A DNA stretch of 63,879 nucleotides, filler included, from Reticulomyxa filosa (Eukaryota; Protista; Foraminifera), in assembly GCA_000512085.1 (NCBI GenBank). It is 14 parts of 14 records of this genome, joined end to end, with 100 filler letters (N's around TTAATTAATTAA, not from the genome) between each part and the next. Parts side by side here need not be neighbours in the genome. Positions count along the whole stretch, not along the records: positions 59,899 to 63,879 come from ASPP01025711.1; 13 more parts are not named here. One strand, written 5' to 3'. Positions within the stretch are counted from its first letter, which is position 1. Each line of letters opens with the position of its first letter. The notes beneath the pieces are model-generated. The model searched no databases, had not been told where the DNA came from, and saw only the letters and a list, made by a program, of their open reading frames with translations. Positions 63,811-63,879 of this stretch are shown in pieces. The position numbers were made by a program, and so were the translations under genes.

Positions 63811-63844
63811 CTTTTTTTTTTTTTGTTTTTCTTCTTTTTACTAA

Positions 63845-63879
<35 letters not shown>

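Overview
This window is not one locus. It is 14 eukaryotic contig fragments joined by 13 artificial 100-bp linkers (44 N + TTAATTAATTAA + 44 N), so synteny only counts within a contig. The DNA is AT-rich, with short GT-AG introns full of homopolymers and TA/TAC microsatellites. A beta-tubulin with foraminiferal beta2 hallmarks (MVREI start, EYQDKQD near the end) and members of expanded TPR and Kelch families point to a foraminiferan such as Reticulomyxa (inference). Recognisable genes: importin-5, dUTPase, a Kv-beta-type aldo-keto reductase, the last exon of eIF3m, actin, a G-alpha subunit, HscB/Jac1, BBIP1, a TM-RGS fusion, a DUF3089-family protein, a large GPS-motif polycystin-like membrane protein, TPR and Kelch repeat proteins, and several unknown low-complexity genes. 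The strongest lead is an intact but highly derived beta-tubulin. Its GTP-site and plus-end loops (T3, T4, T5, H11-H12) are rewritten while the face that binds its alpha partner is better kept, so it could act as a microtubule-capping or polymer-modulating tubulin (hypothesis). Other leads: a Tc1/mariner-like MITE near three contig starts, a Tudor-like x2-Pkr1 fusion, a probably catalytically dead and lipidated DUF3089 protein, a Cbl-like EF-hand module, and poly(A)-rich 3' splice sites. All homology calls are by eye from recalled motifs; no searches were run.
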